Positions 1-10,340 of a DNA stretch of 64,000 bases are shown one piece after another. Each line of letters opens with the position of its first letter. The stretch's first letter is position 1. A model generated the notes under the pieces. It had not been told where the DNA came from, searched no databases, and saw only the letters and a list, made by a program, of their open reading frames with translations. The stretch is taken from the NCBI GenBank assembly GCA_028280785.1, contig JANQLF010000122.1, forward strand, positions 23,627 to 87,626, in the 5' to 3' direction. Source of the stretch: Planctomycetota bacterium (GTDB taxonomy: Bacteria > Planctomycetota > UBA11346). The position numbers and the translations under genes are program-made.

Positions 1-20
1 TTGACAGTGGGAAATACGAT

Positions 21-572
21 ATGAATAAGCAATTAATTAAAACCAGTAAATTTCTCAGTTTGGTCTTGCGTCATAAACCAGAAGCAATCGGAATTACCTT
101 AGACAGGCAGGGCTGGGTACGCATTGATGTTTTGCTAAAGGCTATGCAAGAAAATGGCAGAGCCATCAAGCGATCAACACTGGAAGAGATTGTCGAGACT
201 AATGATAAGAAGCGTTTTGCTATAAGCACAGATGGCTTATCTATTCGGGCGAATCAAGGTCATTCGCTTGATGTAGAACTAGATTATGCCCCGAAAAAAC
301 CTCCTGCGCATTTGTATCATGGAACAGCAACGCGTTTTCTCGGATCTATTTTCAAAGAAGGATTAACTAAACAAAATAGACATCACGTGCATATGACTGA
401 AAACCGCGAGACGGCAAAGCAGGTTGGTAGCCGTTATGGCAAAGTAGTTTTACTACTGATCGATGCACAGCGTATGTTTGATGATGGGCATATATTCTAT
501 CTAGCTGAAAACAATGTGTGGTTATGTGATGCTGTGCCGAATCAGTATCTTAGCGAAGATAAAGGAGGGTGA
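21..572 (+). CDS. kptA: RNA 2'-phosphotransferase (Tpt1/KptA family)
   Basis: 183 aa; N-terminal LRHKPE...LD..GWV block and central HGT/HVHM motifs typical of Tpt1/KptA; stop at 570-572 followed by GGAGGG RBS of next gene. Confidence 0.75.
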   Translation: MNKQLIKTSKFLSLVLRHKPEAIGITLDRQGWVRIDVLLKAMQENGRAIKRSTLEEIVETNDKKRFAISTDGLSIRANQGHSLDVELDYAPKKPPAHLYHGTATRFLGSIFKEGLTKQNRHHVHMTENRETAKQVGSRYGKVVLLLIDAQRMFDDGHIFYLAENNVWLCDAVPNQYLSEDKGG

Positions 573-576
573 AATT

Positions 577-1035
577 ATGGGCGTTTTAGTGCATGCACCT
601 CAGCTAATTCCTACTACTCATTTAAAATCCGTCTTTTTAGCGGGGACGATCGACAATGGGAGCAGCGTTGATTGGCAAGAAGAACTGAGCCAGCGTTTAA
701 GAGCGCATGATGTGCTCATCTTAAATCCGCGGCGAGAAGAATGGGATGCGAGCTGGGAACAGAGCATTGCTCATCAGCAATTTAAACAGCAGGTAGAGTG
801 GGAACTGGACGGTTTAGAATGTGCTGATTATATTTTTATGTATTTTCTTGGAAAAAGCCAATCGCCTATCACGCTTTTAGAATTAGGTCTTCATGCTCGT
901 TCTGAAAAAATAATTATTGTTTGTGAAAAAGGTTTCTGGCGACGCGGTAATATCGAAGTGCTTGCTGATCGTTATGATTTACTGTTGTTTGACAATTTCG
1001 AAGAAGGAGTGGCGCAGCTTATAACAAAGTTATAA
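577..1035 (+). CDS. nucleoside 2-deoxyribosyltransferase-like protein (Nuc_deoxyri_tr2-like fold)
   Basis: ORF track 514..1035; probable start ATG 577 after GGAGGG. FLAGTID near N-terminus and SPITLLELGLHA, which matches the NDT catalytic-Glu block. 5 bp from kptA stop, so probably co-transcribed. Confidence 0.55.
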   Translation: MGVLVHAPQLIPTTHLKSVFLAGTIDNGSSVDWQEELSQRLRAHDVLILNPRREEWDASWEQSIAHQQFKQQVEWELDGLECADYIFMYFLGKSQSPITLLELGLHARSEKIIIVCEKGFWRRGNIEVLADRYDLLLFDNFEEGVAQLITKL

Positions 1036-1071
1036 GCACTTTTATATTGATTCATAAATAAATGTGCCATA

Positions 1072-1509
1072 TTGTGCGCCATGATAATTTACAATCTGAA
1101 AGCCTTTGTTTCAGTTGGTATACCAGCTGCTGCTACATTCTTATACATGCAATATGTATTGGCAGAGCATTTCCCAGATGCTGAGTGGGGCATGGCTAGT
1201 GTCTTTTTTGTATTTGGTGGCTTGTGTTTTATTGTTGATTGGATGCTCAAAATTAACGGCAAGAAAGAAGATCAGATGGGGAGTGGTGGTACGGTCTTTT
1301 TTATACCAGTGTGGTTTTGGAGTCTGTTGGTAATCGGCCTAGGCGTTTTTATTTTAGTCAATCCACAAGAGTTTGAGCGGCAAAAAGAAAAGATCCCCGA
1401 TGCACCAACGGTTGAAGATCTGCCTGATATACCCAAGCCTGAACAGAAACCGGCCGAAAAAGAAAAACCAATAGGGCCTGTGACTTCAGACAAGAATAGG
1501 GATCTCTGA
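1072..1509 (+). CDS. hypothetical membrane protein with Pro/Glu/Lys-rich C-terminal tail
   Basis: 145 aa, 3-4 predicted hydrophobic helices, low-complexity C-terminus. Confidence 0.45.
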   Translation: MCAMIIYNLKAFVSVGIPAAATFLYMQYVLAEHFPDAEWGMASVFFVFGGLCFIVDWMLKINGKKEDQMGSGGTVFFIPVWFWSLLVIGLGVFILVNPQEFERQKEKIPDAPTVEDLPDIPKPEQKPAEKEKPIGPVTSDKNRDL

Positions 1510-1583
1510 TTTTTTCAGCTCTCTATTTTTCTAACAGCTGTTTGGTATACGGTTTAACTTTATCGAGTGAATGAATAAATAAG

Positions 1584-2144
1584 ATGGCATCTTCATACGA
1601 AGAATACTCGGGTTCTATATTTGTAGTAAGAAATGCGATGAGCAGTGATCTCTGCGAAGAGCTTATTGCTATGAGTGAAGAACGTGGATATGGCGAGGCT
1701 CCGATAACCACGGCTAGAGGTCCTGTATTAAATAAGGACATGCGTAATAATAATCGAGTTATAGTCGATTCATTTGATCTGGCAGATCAATTATGGCCAT
1801 TAGTTGCTGACTATATTCCTGAAATGTGGCACATGCGTAAAAAAATTGGTTTGAATGAGCGCTTTCGTTTTTATCGCTATGATCCTGGCGAGCAATTTGA
1901 TTGGCATTATGATGGCTACTTTCGCCGAGATAATGACGAGAAATCTCAGTTCACTTGTATGTTTTATTTAAATGACAATTTTGAAGGTGGTACGACAGAT
2001 TTTGCCAATTGTAGTGTCGTTCCTGGCCGTGGTGATGCACTGCTCTTCTATCATCATCAATCACATCGTGGTGCCCCTGTACTCAGTGGTAGAAAGTACG
2101 TCATTCGAACCGATGTGATGTATAGTCCGGAAATAGCTGTCTAA
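1584..2144 (+). CDS. 2OG-Fe(II) oxygenase, prolyl 4-hydroxylase-like
   Basis: 186 aa; HxD (WHYD) and distal His (HRGAPV) with jelly-roll spacing; YLNDNFEGG typical of P4Hc family. Confidence 0.7.
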   Translation: MASSYEEYSGSIFVVRNAMSSDLCEELIAMSEERGYGEAPITTARGPVLNKDMRNNNRVIVDSFDLADQLWPLVADYIPEMWHMRKKIGLNERFRFYRYDPGEQFDWHYDGYFRRDNDEKSQFTCMFYLNDNFEGGTTDFANCSVVPGRGDALLFYHHQSHRGAPVLSGRKYVIRTDVMYSPEIAV

Positions 2145-2186
2145 AGCGCTGTTTACTTTTTCTCGTCATTTTCACACTATTTCTCA

Positions 2187-4568
2187 ATGAAGCTAGTTGT
2201 CGTCGAGTCGCCGAATAAAGTTAAAAAGATTCGCTCGTTCTTGGGCAATGATTACAATGTTGGCGCCTCCTTTGGTCATATTCGTGACTTACCAGCTAAG
2301 GGTGATTTGGGGGTCGATTTCAAAGATGGGCACATCGCCCCGCATTATATGGTCACTAAGAAAGACATGGCTTCGCAGTTGCAGCGCTTGGCCAAAGGCG
2401 CTGATGAAATACTTATTGCAACTGACCCGGATCGCGAAGGTGAGGCGATTGGTTGGCATATCGTACAAATCTTGGGTGCTGATAAATTCACTTACAAGCG
2501 CGTGACCTTTAACCAAATTACTAAAAAAGCCGTGCTCGATGCTGTGGCGAATCCAGGCGAATTAAATATGGATTTAGTTAATGCCCAACAAGCTCGTCGC
2601 GTCTTTGACCGAGTTGTCGGTTGGGTGGTTTCACCAACACTGCGACGTGGTGTTGGTAAAAAAGAAGCGCGCAGTGCTGGGCGCGTACAATCAACGGCAT
2701 TGCGTTTAGTTGTAGAACGTGAATTAGCGATTCGTGATTTTGATAATAAAGATTATTTTGAACTGGACGCGCATTTACTTGGCAGCAAAGAACCAGCTTT
2801 TGTTGCGACCTTATTTGAGTGGCAGGGTAAAAAACTTGAGCATCGCCTTACGAGTAAAGAAGAGGCTGAAGCCTTAGTTGAGTCGTGTAAGCCTGGTCCC
2901 TGGTCAATAGAGTCGGTCGATAGAAAAAAATCCAATAAACATGCACCACCGCCGTTTACCACCTCAACAGCCCAGCAGGCAGCGAGTGTTAAATTAAAAC
3001 TTTCTCCTGATCAATGTATGAAGGCATTGCAGGCTTTATTTGAAGCTGGGCACATCACTTATCACCGGACTGACAGCGTATCGTTATCCCCTGAGGCTAT
3101 TAAGGCGGCGCGTGATATTATTCAGAAAAATTACGGTGATGCATATGTGCCAGCCAAAGCGAACCAGCACAAATCAAAAGTTGCCAATGCTCAGGAGGCA
3201 CACGAGGCTATTCGACCCACACATCCTGAACACGGTGCGCAAAATGATCAGGTCAAAGCACATCGCGATGTCTATGAATTAATCTGGCAACGTTATATCG
3301 CCTCGCAAATGGCTGCCGGTGTTGATGATGTTACGGTCTACACCGTTAAAACAGAGAGTAATGATCAGGTACGTTTCCGCACTCGTGGCAGTGTGTGTAT
3401 TTTTGATGGTTGGCGTAAAATCGGTGATGATAGCACCAGCGAAAAGAAAAACGCTAAAGACCAAGATGCCAAGCCGCTGCCAGAATTAGTGGCTGGTGAA
3501 ACATTACAGCTACAAGATCTTAAATTAAATAAAAAGACCACGAAACCACCGCCACGCTATACCCAAGCCTCATTAATTAAAGAAATGGAAAAACGTGGTA
3601 TCGGTCGGCCGTCAACCTATGCCAGCATTATGAAAACTATCATCGATCGCACCTATGTTTTTGAGCAAAAACGAAAACTGCATGCGAGCGATCTTGGTAT
3701 CGATGTTTGTCAGTGGCTTATTAATCATTACCAAGGTAACTTTATTGAAATTGAATATACCTCGGCAATGGAAGAGCGCCTTGATGCGATGAGTCGTGGT
3801 GAGCTTAATTGGGAATCAGCCATTACTGAAGAGTCAGAGCTTTTGGTTTCGATTTCACAGAAAGCAGGTCTGAGTTACAATCCTTTATCCGGTGAAAAAC
3901 CTCAGCCAGCAAAACCAGTGGAGGGTATGCATTGTCCGACTTGCAATGGACCAATGCGCGCAATTAAAAGTGCCCATGGTGAATTTTACGGTTGCATGGA
4001 TTATCCTAAATGCAAAGGAACGCGCCCGGGTAAGGAGCAGGCTGAAGCAGAAAAAAATGCACCAGCCTGTCCTTTGTGTGAAAGCCCAATGCGTTATCGC
4101 AAAAGTGCTCACGGTGCATTTTGGGGCTGCAGTCAGTATCCCAAGTGCAAGGGTCTGCGAAATGTAGACGGCGAAGATAAAAGCCCAAGCAATGATACGA
4201 AAAAATCCTCATCAAAAAAGAAAACGACTAAGCAAACTGTTAATAAAGATGTGCAGTGTCCGCAATGTCAAAAACCTATGCGCCTAGTGCCTGAAAAGGA
4301 AGGGAAGTATAAGGCTTTTTGGTCATGCACTGAATATCCGAAATGCAAAGGCACTCGCCAACACGAAGACGAAACAAAGACTAAAGCTAAGACTAAAACT
4401 AAGTCCAAGAATAATACACAGGCTAAAACAAAGCCTCAAACAAATAACAATGTTTCGCCAGCATGCCCAGAATGCGGTTCAGAAATGTATCGCGTGCCTG
4501 CGCAAAATGGTAAACCAGAACATTATACCTGTTGTCATGCACCAGATTGTTCTGGTACCATTACATAA
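2187..4568 (+). CDS. topA: DNA topoisomerase I (type IA) with four C-terminal Cys4 zinc ribbons
   Basis: 793 aa. N-terminal Toprim (VVVESPNKVKKI), active-site region ITYHRTDS, then four CPxC...C..C zinc ribbons separated by Lys/Thr-rich linkers. Confidence 0.85.
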   Translation: MKLVVVESPNKVKKIRSFLGNDYNVGASFGHIRDLPAKGDLGVDFKDGHIAPHYMVTKKDMASQLQRLAKGADEILIATDPDREGEAIGWHIVQILGADKFTYKRVTFNQITKKAVLDAVANPGELNMDLVNAQQARRVFDRVVGWVVSPTLRRGVGKKEARSAGRVQSTALRLVVERELAIRDFDNKDYFELDAHLLGSKEPAFVATLFEWQGKKLEHRLTSKEEAEALVESCKPGPWSIESVDRKKSNKHAPPPFTTSTAQQAASVKLKLSPDQCMKALQALFEAGHITYHRTDSVSLSPEAIKAARDIIQKNYGDAYVPAKANQHKSKVANAQEAHEAIRPTHPEHGAQNDQVKAHRDVYELIWQRYIASQMAAGVDDVTVYTVKTESNDQVRFRTRGSVCIFDGWRKIGDDSTSEKKNAKDQDAKPLPELVAGETLQLQDLKLNKKTTKPPPRYTQASLIKEMEKRGIGRPSTYASIMKTIIDRTYVFEQKRKLHASDLGIDVCQWLINHYQGNFIEIEYTSAMEERLDAMSRGELNWESAITEESELLVSISQKAGLSYNPLSGEKPQPAKPVEGMHCPTCNGPMRAIKSAHGEFYGCMDYPKCKGTRPGKEQAEAEKNAPACPLCESPMRYRKSAHGAFWGCSQYPKCKGLRNVDGEDKSPSNDTKKSSSKKKTTKQTVNKDVQCPQCQKPMRLVPEKEGKYKAFWSCTEYPKCKGTRQHEDETKTKAKTKTKSKNNTQAKTKPQTNNNVSPACPECGSEMYRVPAQNGKPEHYTCCHAPDCSGTIT

Positions 4569-4608
4569 ACCAAAAGATTAGTTTCTTACAGATTTTTTTA
4601 GATAATCT

Positions 4609-5988
4609 TTGGGAATGAATAGAAAAAACGTCTTATTTATTGCAGTCGATGATTTACGTACCCAGCTTGGTTGCTATGGCATGGATTGGGTACATTCACC
4701 TCATATTGATGCCCTAGCTGCTGCTGGAACCGTATTTGAGCGTGCCTATTGTCAGCAGGCAATTTGTGGACCGTCGCGTGCGAGTGTCTTGTCTGGTTGT
4801 CGACCTGATACGAACGGTGTCCATGATTTGCAAACACAGTTACGTGAGGCGATGCCAGATGTACTGAGTCTGCCAGAGCATTTTAAAAACAATGGCTACG
4901 AAACTATTTCAATAGGCAAAATTTATCATCACAAGAATGACGATTTACAGGGTTGGTCAAAGGAACCGTTTCAATCCAAGGGTGATTGGCAGGGTCGTGG
5001 TTATTTAACTGATGAGGCGATCGAAACTATAGCGCAAGGGGATAAAGAGCGCGAACAACATGGCGATAAACGCCGCGGTTTAGGACCTGCATTTGAAGCA
5101 GCTGATGTTGCGGATGAAGATTATCACGATGGTAAAGATGCCTTGGCTGCCATTGAGGAATTAAATCGCTTAAAAACACTTGATAAACCATTTTTTCTTG
5201 GGTTAGGATTTCATAAACCACATTTGCCGTTTAATGCGCCCAAGCGTTATTGGGATATGTATAATGCTGAATCGCTACCATTAGCAAAGAATCCATTTTT
5301 CCCCAAAGGAATTACAGAATATTCATTAGCTGATTTTGGTGAGTTACGTGGTTATTTTGGTGTGCCGAAAGAGGGGCCGATTCCAGATGAATTTGCACGT
5401 CAATTAATACATGGTTACTGTGCCTGTGTGACCTATATGGACGCACAACTGGGTAAAGTTATTCAACATCTCAAAGATTTAAACCTCTATGATAATACGA
5501 TTATTGTATTATGGGGCGATCATGGTTGGAAATTAGGTGAGCATAATTCGTGGTGTAAGCATTCTAATTTTGAAATTGATACACAGGCGCCACTAATCGC
5601 CGTTGATCCATCGATCCAGCAAAATAGGACCGCGGCTTTAGTAGAGTTCATTGATATGTATCCGAGTTTGTGTGAGCTCTGTAATATTGAAATTCCTGAA
5701 CAATGTGAGGGCCAAAGTTTTGTGTCGCTTATGCATGATGGAGGAGCGCCTTGGCGTGATACCGCATTAAGTCAGTACCCACGCGGTGACGTTATGGGTT
5801 ATACGATGCGTACTGATCGTTACCGCTATACCGAATGGTTAAATAAATCGGACAATGCATTGCGTGCGAGGGAATTATATGATCACCAGGTCGATGATCA
5901 GGAAAACGAGAATATCGCAGAATCAGCAGATGAAGCCTTATTAGTTCAGCTTTCGGCGCAGTTGCATCAGGGTTGGAATATTACTTAA
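4609..5988 (+). CDS. sulfatase (formylglycine-dependent, iduronate-2-sulfatase-like)
   Basis: 459 aa; C-x-P-S-R sulfatase signature CGPSRAS at aa 53-59; VDDLR metal-binding start; no obvious signal peptide. Confidence 0.8.
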   Translation: MGMNRKNVLFIAVDDLRTQLGCYGMDWVHSPHIDALAAAGTVFERAYCQQAICGPSRASVLSGCRPDTNGVHDLQTQLREAMPDVLSLPEHFKNNGYETISIGKIYHHKNDDLQGWSKEPFQSKGDWQGRGYLTDEAIETIAQGDKEREQHGDKRRGLGPAFEAADVADEDYHDGKDALAAIEELNRLKTLDKPFFLGLGFHKPHLPFNAPKRYWDMYNAESLPLAKNPFFPKGITEYSLADFGELRGYFGVPKEGPIPDEFARQLIHGYCACVTYMDAQLGKVIQHLKDLNLYDNTIIVLWGDHGWKLGEHNSWCKHSNFEIDTQAPLIAVDPSIQQNRTAALVEFIDMYPSLCELCNIEIPEQCEGQSFVSLMHDGGAPWRDTALSQYPRGDVMGYTMRTDRYRYTEWLNKSDNALRARELYDHQVDDQENENIAESADEALLVQLSAQLHQGWNIT

Positions 5989-5990
5989 GA

Positions 5991-8900
5991 TTATTTTTGT
6001 GATAATGTAGCGATGCGATATTTCACATAACGTGAAATAGTGGCGCTATGTGTTTTTTTGTAGGGAGGCAATACTAGAAATTCTTGGTAGAGTTCTAACG
6101 CATGTTGCGCACGACCACGGAGGTCATAGTTAACAGCTTGATAAAGCAAATAATCCTGATCGATTGTTGTCTGTGTTGGTTGCTTCATGAAATAATCTTT
6201 ATCTATACTGCCAGTGGCCAATTTACTACAATACCAAGGGCGTAAGCCTTGATACCATTTTCTGTTTTCCTGAAGTTCACGCATGGCCTTTTTAAATACA
6301 TCCTCATTACCGTTGAAGTGCTCAAGTATGGGATAGAGGAAAAAATATTCAAAATTCGGTTGCCTTGCACGTAGCATATAACCGGGTGTGTTATCAATAT
6401 ATTCACGCATATCTGCTAAGGAACTTTTGTCGCCCTGGATATAGCGTTTTAAAGCGAGTGACATGCGGGCGTCAAAACGATAATCCGGTGTAAATTCACG
6501 GTGATTCTCTTGGGCAATTAAAAACCCTTCTTCGTTTTCAAGGTAGAGTTGAACAAGTGTCCATAAAAGGTCACCTTCTTCAGACATATCTTCAATAGCT
6601 TTAAAGTTATTTTCCCCAAAGAGAATAATATTATCATACAAATCTGATTCTTTACCAAATAGTTTTTTGGCCTCTTCGATGCGACCAAGGTTTAGTAAGG
6701 TGCCAAATTTGTCTTCAGGTTTTTTTCCGTATTCATCAAGCCATTTGAGTAATGCTTCGTATTGGCCGGTGGCGCGAAGAGCGTTGGCATAATGACCGCT
6801 CTCTTCAGGAACTCGTTCCATTATTTCTTTATAACGGCCACATTCGCTCATCGCTCGGAGTACATAGGACTCATGTTTTGGAAACCATTCGATTGCCTTA
6901 TCGGCCCGTCCAAGAATAACTAAACTATCGTATATGTTTTTAACAAAAATATCGTTATCTGGAAAATACTTACTGCGCATGGCTAGTAGTTTATCGATCA
7001 TATCGAGATAGCCGTGATCATTAGCTTTCTTTAAAAATATAACCCATTGTAAAATAATACGTTCTCTGCTACTTTTTTTAGCAATTGCTTGCTCCATCTC
7101 TTTGATGATCTGGTATGGTTTGTCATGTCTTATTAAATACATCCATCGGTAATGATAAATATACACATCATAATAAGGATCATCAATACTATCCCATAAT
7201 TCAACGGCTTCGGCATGTTTACCCAGATGATAATTACAAAGACCTAATTTATAAAGGCTATAATTGGCTGTGTCGGTTCCGGCGTGAACGCGACTGATGC
7301 GTTCATAATGTTCAGCTGCTGTTTCAAATTGTTCATGCTGAAATAGTATATCGATAGTTTTGGTAATGTCGGTGATTTCAGGTAATTCTTTATTATAAAT
7401 TTTGATGTTGTCGAAGGCTTTATTGTCAAAATACGCATAGAGTCCTATATAACCACTGTCGATAGGTGTAATTAAATCATGCGAGTTCAAAAGGACGTCA
7501 TCAACGTAAAGACGCAGACGCTTACCGTCAATTTCTGCGCGAATTTTATATTTCTGACCGTTTTCGATGGTAAACTCAGAATAATTAAGGCGGCCGACGG
7601 GCCCATCAATCATGGTGCAGGTATTACTCAGGGCACCAAGTTGTAAATAATAGGCATTGGTGGGTGCTTGTGATTTTCCTTCTTGATTAAATTCCTTAAG
7701 GTCCGGTACATGGATAATTGACAAATCACCTGGCTTAGAGTCTGGCAGGCTTTCACCTTCAAATTCGATGGCAACGCTACCTTTAATTTTATGCTTATAG
7801 AGCCAAGTGAATTCTGGCCCTTTCTTGGCAATCAAACGACCATCTTCAATGGCAAAGGCATCGGAACGATCTTTGCGAAACAGCCAGTCGTCCTTCCAAT
7901 TTTTATCATCATTAAATGACGTTTCAAAGATTGGGTCACCCCATCCAGCAATTTGTCGCTGTTGATTTTTATAGACTCCATAGACAGCGGCAGCAATAAA
8001 GATCAAGAGTACCGCTACCCAGACAAAATGTTTTGATGATTTCTTGAGATGATAGCGGAAATACTCGCGCAGGCTGTATTGATAGGTATCAACCATGCCT
8101 CCACTTTGATATATTCTCAATTCACTGATGAGCGATTGAATATCTGGATAACGATCCTGTGGTTTTGCCGCCATACATTTTTTACAAATGGCGAGTAAGG
8201 GCTTAGGAATTGTTTTAGATTCTCCAAGATTCAATATACCTTTGCGTTTATGCTCCCAAAACATTTCCACGTTTTTACTGCTATATGGAAATTGACCGGA
8301 TAAGACATGATAAAAAGTAGTGCCTAAACAATAGATATCACTGCTTTTTGTTGCTTGTTCTTTACGCGCTTGTTCGGGGCTCATATACATTGGTGTGCCC
8401 GACATACTGCCACTTATATTTTTATCGTCACTGACATCGAGTGCGATGCCCCAGTCAACAAGATAGACTTCACCATAATCACCAACCATTACATTGTCTG
8501 GTTTAATGTCGCGATGAATAACGTTGCGCGAATGGGCATAGGCAACGGCGTCACAAACTTTTAGAAAAACGGAAAGAACCTTGGCTACATCATCTGCATT
8601 TTCGACTTCACCTTGTTTAATATATCGACTTAACGGTTTTCCGTTAATTTTTTTCATGATGTAATATATTTTATTATCTACTTGAATATCGAGGTTGTAG
8701 ACAGGAGGGATGTTGGGATGCTCGAGATAGCTGGTAATTAAAGCTTCGTGCATGAAGCGTTTAACAGTTTTGACCTTCGTTTCGTTATCTGTTGATAGGA
8801 ATTTAATAGCAACACTGCGACGCAGATTGTTGTCTTGGAGTTCATAAACAGCTCCGCTACCACCTGAACCAATCAGTTCTTTGATGTCAAAGCGTTCAGT

Positions 8901-9119
8901 ACAAGGGAACTCGTCCGTGCTATCGAGGACCAAAGTGCCATTGACCAAGATATCTTCGTAACGTGTCTCAGTGGTGGTAGTCTCGCCATCTTCAATGGTG
9001 TTGATGGCCATAACGTCAATGTTATTGCTAACAATCAGATCTGGTGTGTGCTCAGCAATAGTTTGCGCTAACTCGTTAAAGAGCTTCTCATCATCAGAAT
9101 CGTCAAGATCTTGCGTCAT
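5991..9119 (-). CDS. Hanks-type Ser/Thr protein kinase with TM helix and large TPR-containing ectodomain
   Basis: 1042 aa; GSGGSGAVY...AIK ATP-binding, HRDIKPDN catalytic loop, DWG, SGTPMYMSPE activation segment; single TM (VWVAVLLIFIAAAVYGVY); C-terminal approx 650 aa with TPR-like repeats. Confidence 0.8.
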   Translation of the reverse strand: MTQDLDDSDDEKLFNELAQTIAEHTPDLIVSNNIDVMAINTIEDGETTTTETRYEDILVNGTLVLDSTDEFPCTERFDIKELIGSGGSGAVYELQDNNLRRSVAIKFLSTDNETKVKTVKRFMHEALITSYLEHPNIPPVYNLDIQVDNKIYYIMKKINGKPLSRYIKQGEVENADDVAKVLSVFLKVCDAVAYAHSRNVIHRDIKPDNVMVGDYGEVYLVDWGIALDVSDDKNISGSMSGTPMYMSPEQARKEQATKSSDIYCLGTTFYHVLSGQFPYSSKNVEMFWEHKRKGILNLGESKTIPKPLLAICKKCMAAKPQDRYPDIQSLISELRIYQSGGMVDTYQYSLREYFRYHLKKSSKHFVWVAVLLIFIAAAVYGVYKNQQRQIAGWGDPIFETSFNDDKNWKDDWLFRKDRSDAFAIEDGRLIAKKGPEFTWLYKHKIKGSVAIEFEGESLPDSKPGDLSIIHVPDLKEFNQEGKSQAPTNAYYLQLGALSNTCTMIDGPVGRLNYSEFTIENGQKYKIRAEIDGKRLRLYVDDVLLNSHDLITPIDSGYIGLYAYFDNKAFDNIKIYNKELPEITDITKTIDILFQHEQFETAAEHYERISRVHAGTDTANYSLYKLGLCNYHLGKHAEAVELWDSIDDPYYDVYIYHYRWMYLIRHDKPYQIIKEMEQAIAKKSSRERIILQWVIFLKKANDHGYLDMIDKLLAMRSKYFPDNDIFVKNIYDSLVILGRADKAIEWFPKHESYVLRAMSECGRYKEIMERVPEESGHYANALRATGQYEALLKWLDEYGKKPEDKFGTLLNLGRIEEAKKLFGKESDLYDNIILFGENNFKAIEDMSEEGDLLWTLVQLYLENEEGFLIAQENHREFTPDYRFDARMSLALKRYIQGDKSSLADMREYIDNTPGYMLRARQPNFEYFFLYPILEHFNGNEDVFKKAMRELQENRKWYQGLRPWYCSKLATGSIDKDYFMKQPTQTTIDQDYLLYQAVNYDLRGRAQHALELYQEFLVLPPYKKTHSATISRYVKYRIATLSQK

Positions 9120-9235
9120 TTTGAATGATTATCTTATATTGCGCTGTCGTTAGGAAAGAGGACTACGGCTTATCCTAGTGTGCAAATGTGAGATGGCAAA
9201 TCGAGGTCAGTGTGGCGCTGTACTTAAATAGGTCG

Positions 9236-10231
9236 CTAATCGAGAACGCCGCGAGCGAGGTCGCTCTCATCGACAATTTCTTGACCGAGTAATTCCTCAA
9301 GCACATCTTCCATAGTGACGATACCGACGGTTTCGTTCTTATCGTTGCGGACGATAGCGATGTGTTCATGGGCGTTAACGAGCTCGTTATACAGTTCCAC
9401 CAATGTATTATCAGCCTGAACCGTAACGATCGGACGTTTAAATTGTTGCATGGTTTGCCGGCCATTTTTTCCAAGCAATGCGCCGAGCACTTCATCTTTT
9501 AAGACATAGCCAATAATATTATTGACTGTATCATTGTAGAGCGGGATACGTGAGACGTGCCAACTTTTTGATTGTGGTGTTAATTGATTAATTGGAGTGC
9601 TTACAGGAAGGGCAACTAAACGATCCATCGGTGTCATAACGTGTTGCGTTTGTAGATCTTCTTTTTCCATCAGGTTTTCTATAATACGACGTTCATGCTC
9701 GCGAATTAGACCATCACGATGGCCCATACTGGCAACGCGCGTTAAATCTGTTCGAGATAAAATACTTTCTTCTTCGTTACGGCGTAACATTTTTGTAATT
9801 AATTGACAAAACCATACAGCTGGGGCAAGTATAATGGTTAACCAAGTGGTAGTGGTCACAACCGGTTTGGCTAATTGACGCCAGTACACTGCACCGATGG
9901 TTTTAGGAATAATTTCTGAGCAGATTAAAATGAGAATGGTGGCGACAAAACTGACCAAGGTGAGGGCTTCTTCTCCCCAAATCTGTTGAGCAGCGGCCCC
10001 AACACCCGCGGCCCCAATGGTATGGGCAAAAGTGTTGAGGGTTAGGATAGCAGCTAGGGGCTTGTCGATGTCGCGTTTCAGTTTTTCTAACGCATTGGCA
10101 AAGCGACCGTCCTGAGAGGCAATGAAGCTGGGCGTTAAGCTGAGCAATACGGCTTCAAGAACTGAGCACAGGAAGGAAAAGAACAGGGCGATGGCAAGAA
10201 AGCTAAGGAGTAAGATCCAGGCGTGGTCCAT
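9236..10231 (-). CDS. CNNM/HlyC-CorC family membrane protein (DUF21 + CBS pair)
   Basis: 331 aa; N-terminal DUF21 TM domain followed by two CBS-like segments. Confidence 0.7.
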   Translation of the reverse strand: MDHAWILLLSFLAIALFFSFLCSVLEAVLLSLTPSFIASQDGRFANALEKLKRDIDKPLAAILTLNTFAHTIGAAGVGAAAQQIWGEEALTLVSFVATILILICSEIIPKTIGAVYWRQLAKPVVTTTTWLTIILAPAVWFCQLITKMLRRNEEESILSRTDLTRVASMGHRDGLIREHERRIIENLMEKEDLQTQHVMTPMDRLVALPVSTPINQLTPQSKSWHVSRIPLYNDTVNNIIGYVLKDEVLGALLGKNGRQTMQQFKRPIVTVQADNTLVELYNELVNAHEHIAIVRNDKNETVGIVTMEDVLEELLGQEIVDESDLARGVLD

Positions 10232-10340
10232 GGGTGGGTATGATGGGGGCTTTGCGGTGGGGACAAGGATCTAAGTTTCAGCACATTTCTTGGTGAACAT
10301 TTATACTGAGGGTATAGGCTGATGGTAAGAGAGATATGCA

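Noticed and set aside
1106-1493. ORFs 1106..1333 (+) and 1272..1493 (-) overlapping the 1072..1509 membrane-protein gene
   Set aside because: Alternative-frame and antisense ORFs fully inside a better-supported ORF; no motifs; treated as spurious.
2197-4215. Multiple 60-100 aa ORFs inside topA on both strands
   Set aside because: Embedded in a strongly supported 793 aa topoisomerase I reading frame; typical shadow ORFs.
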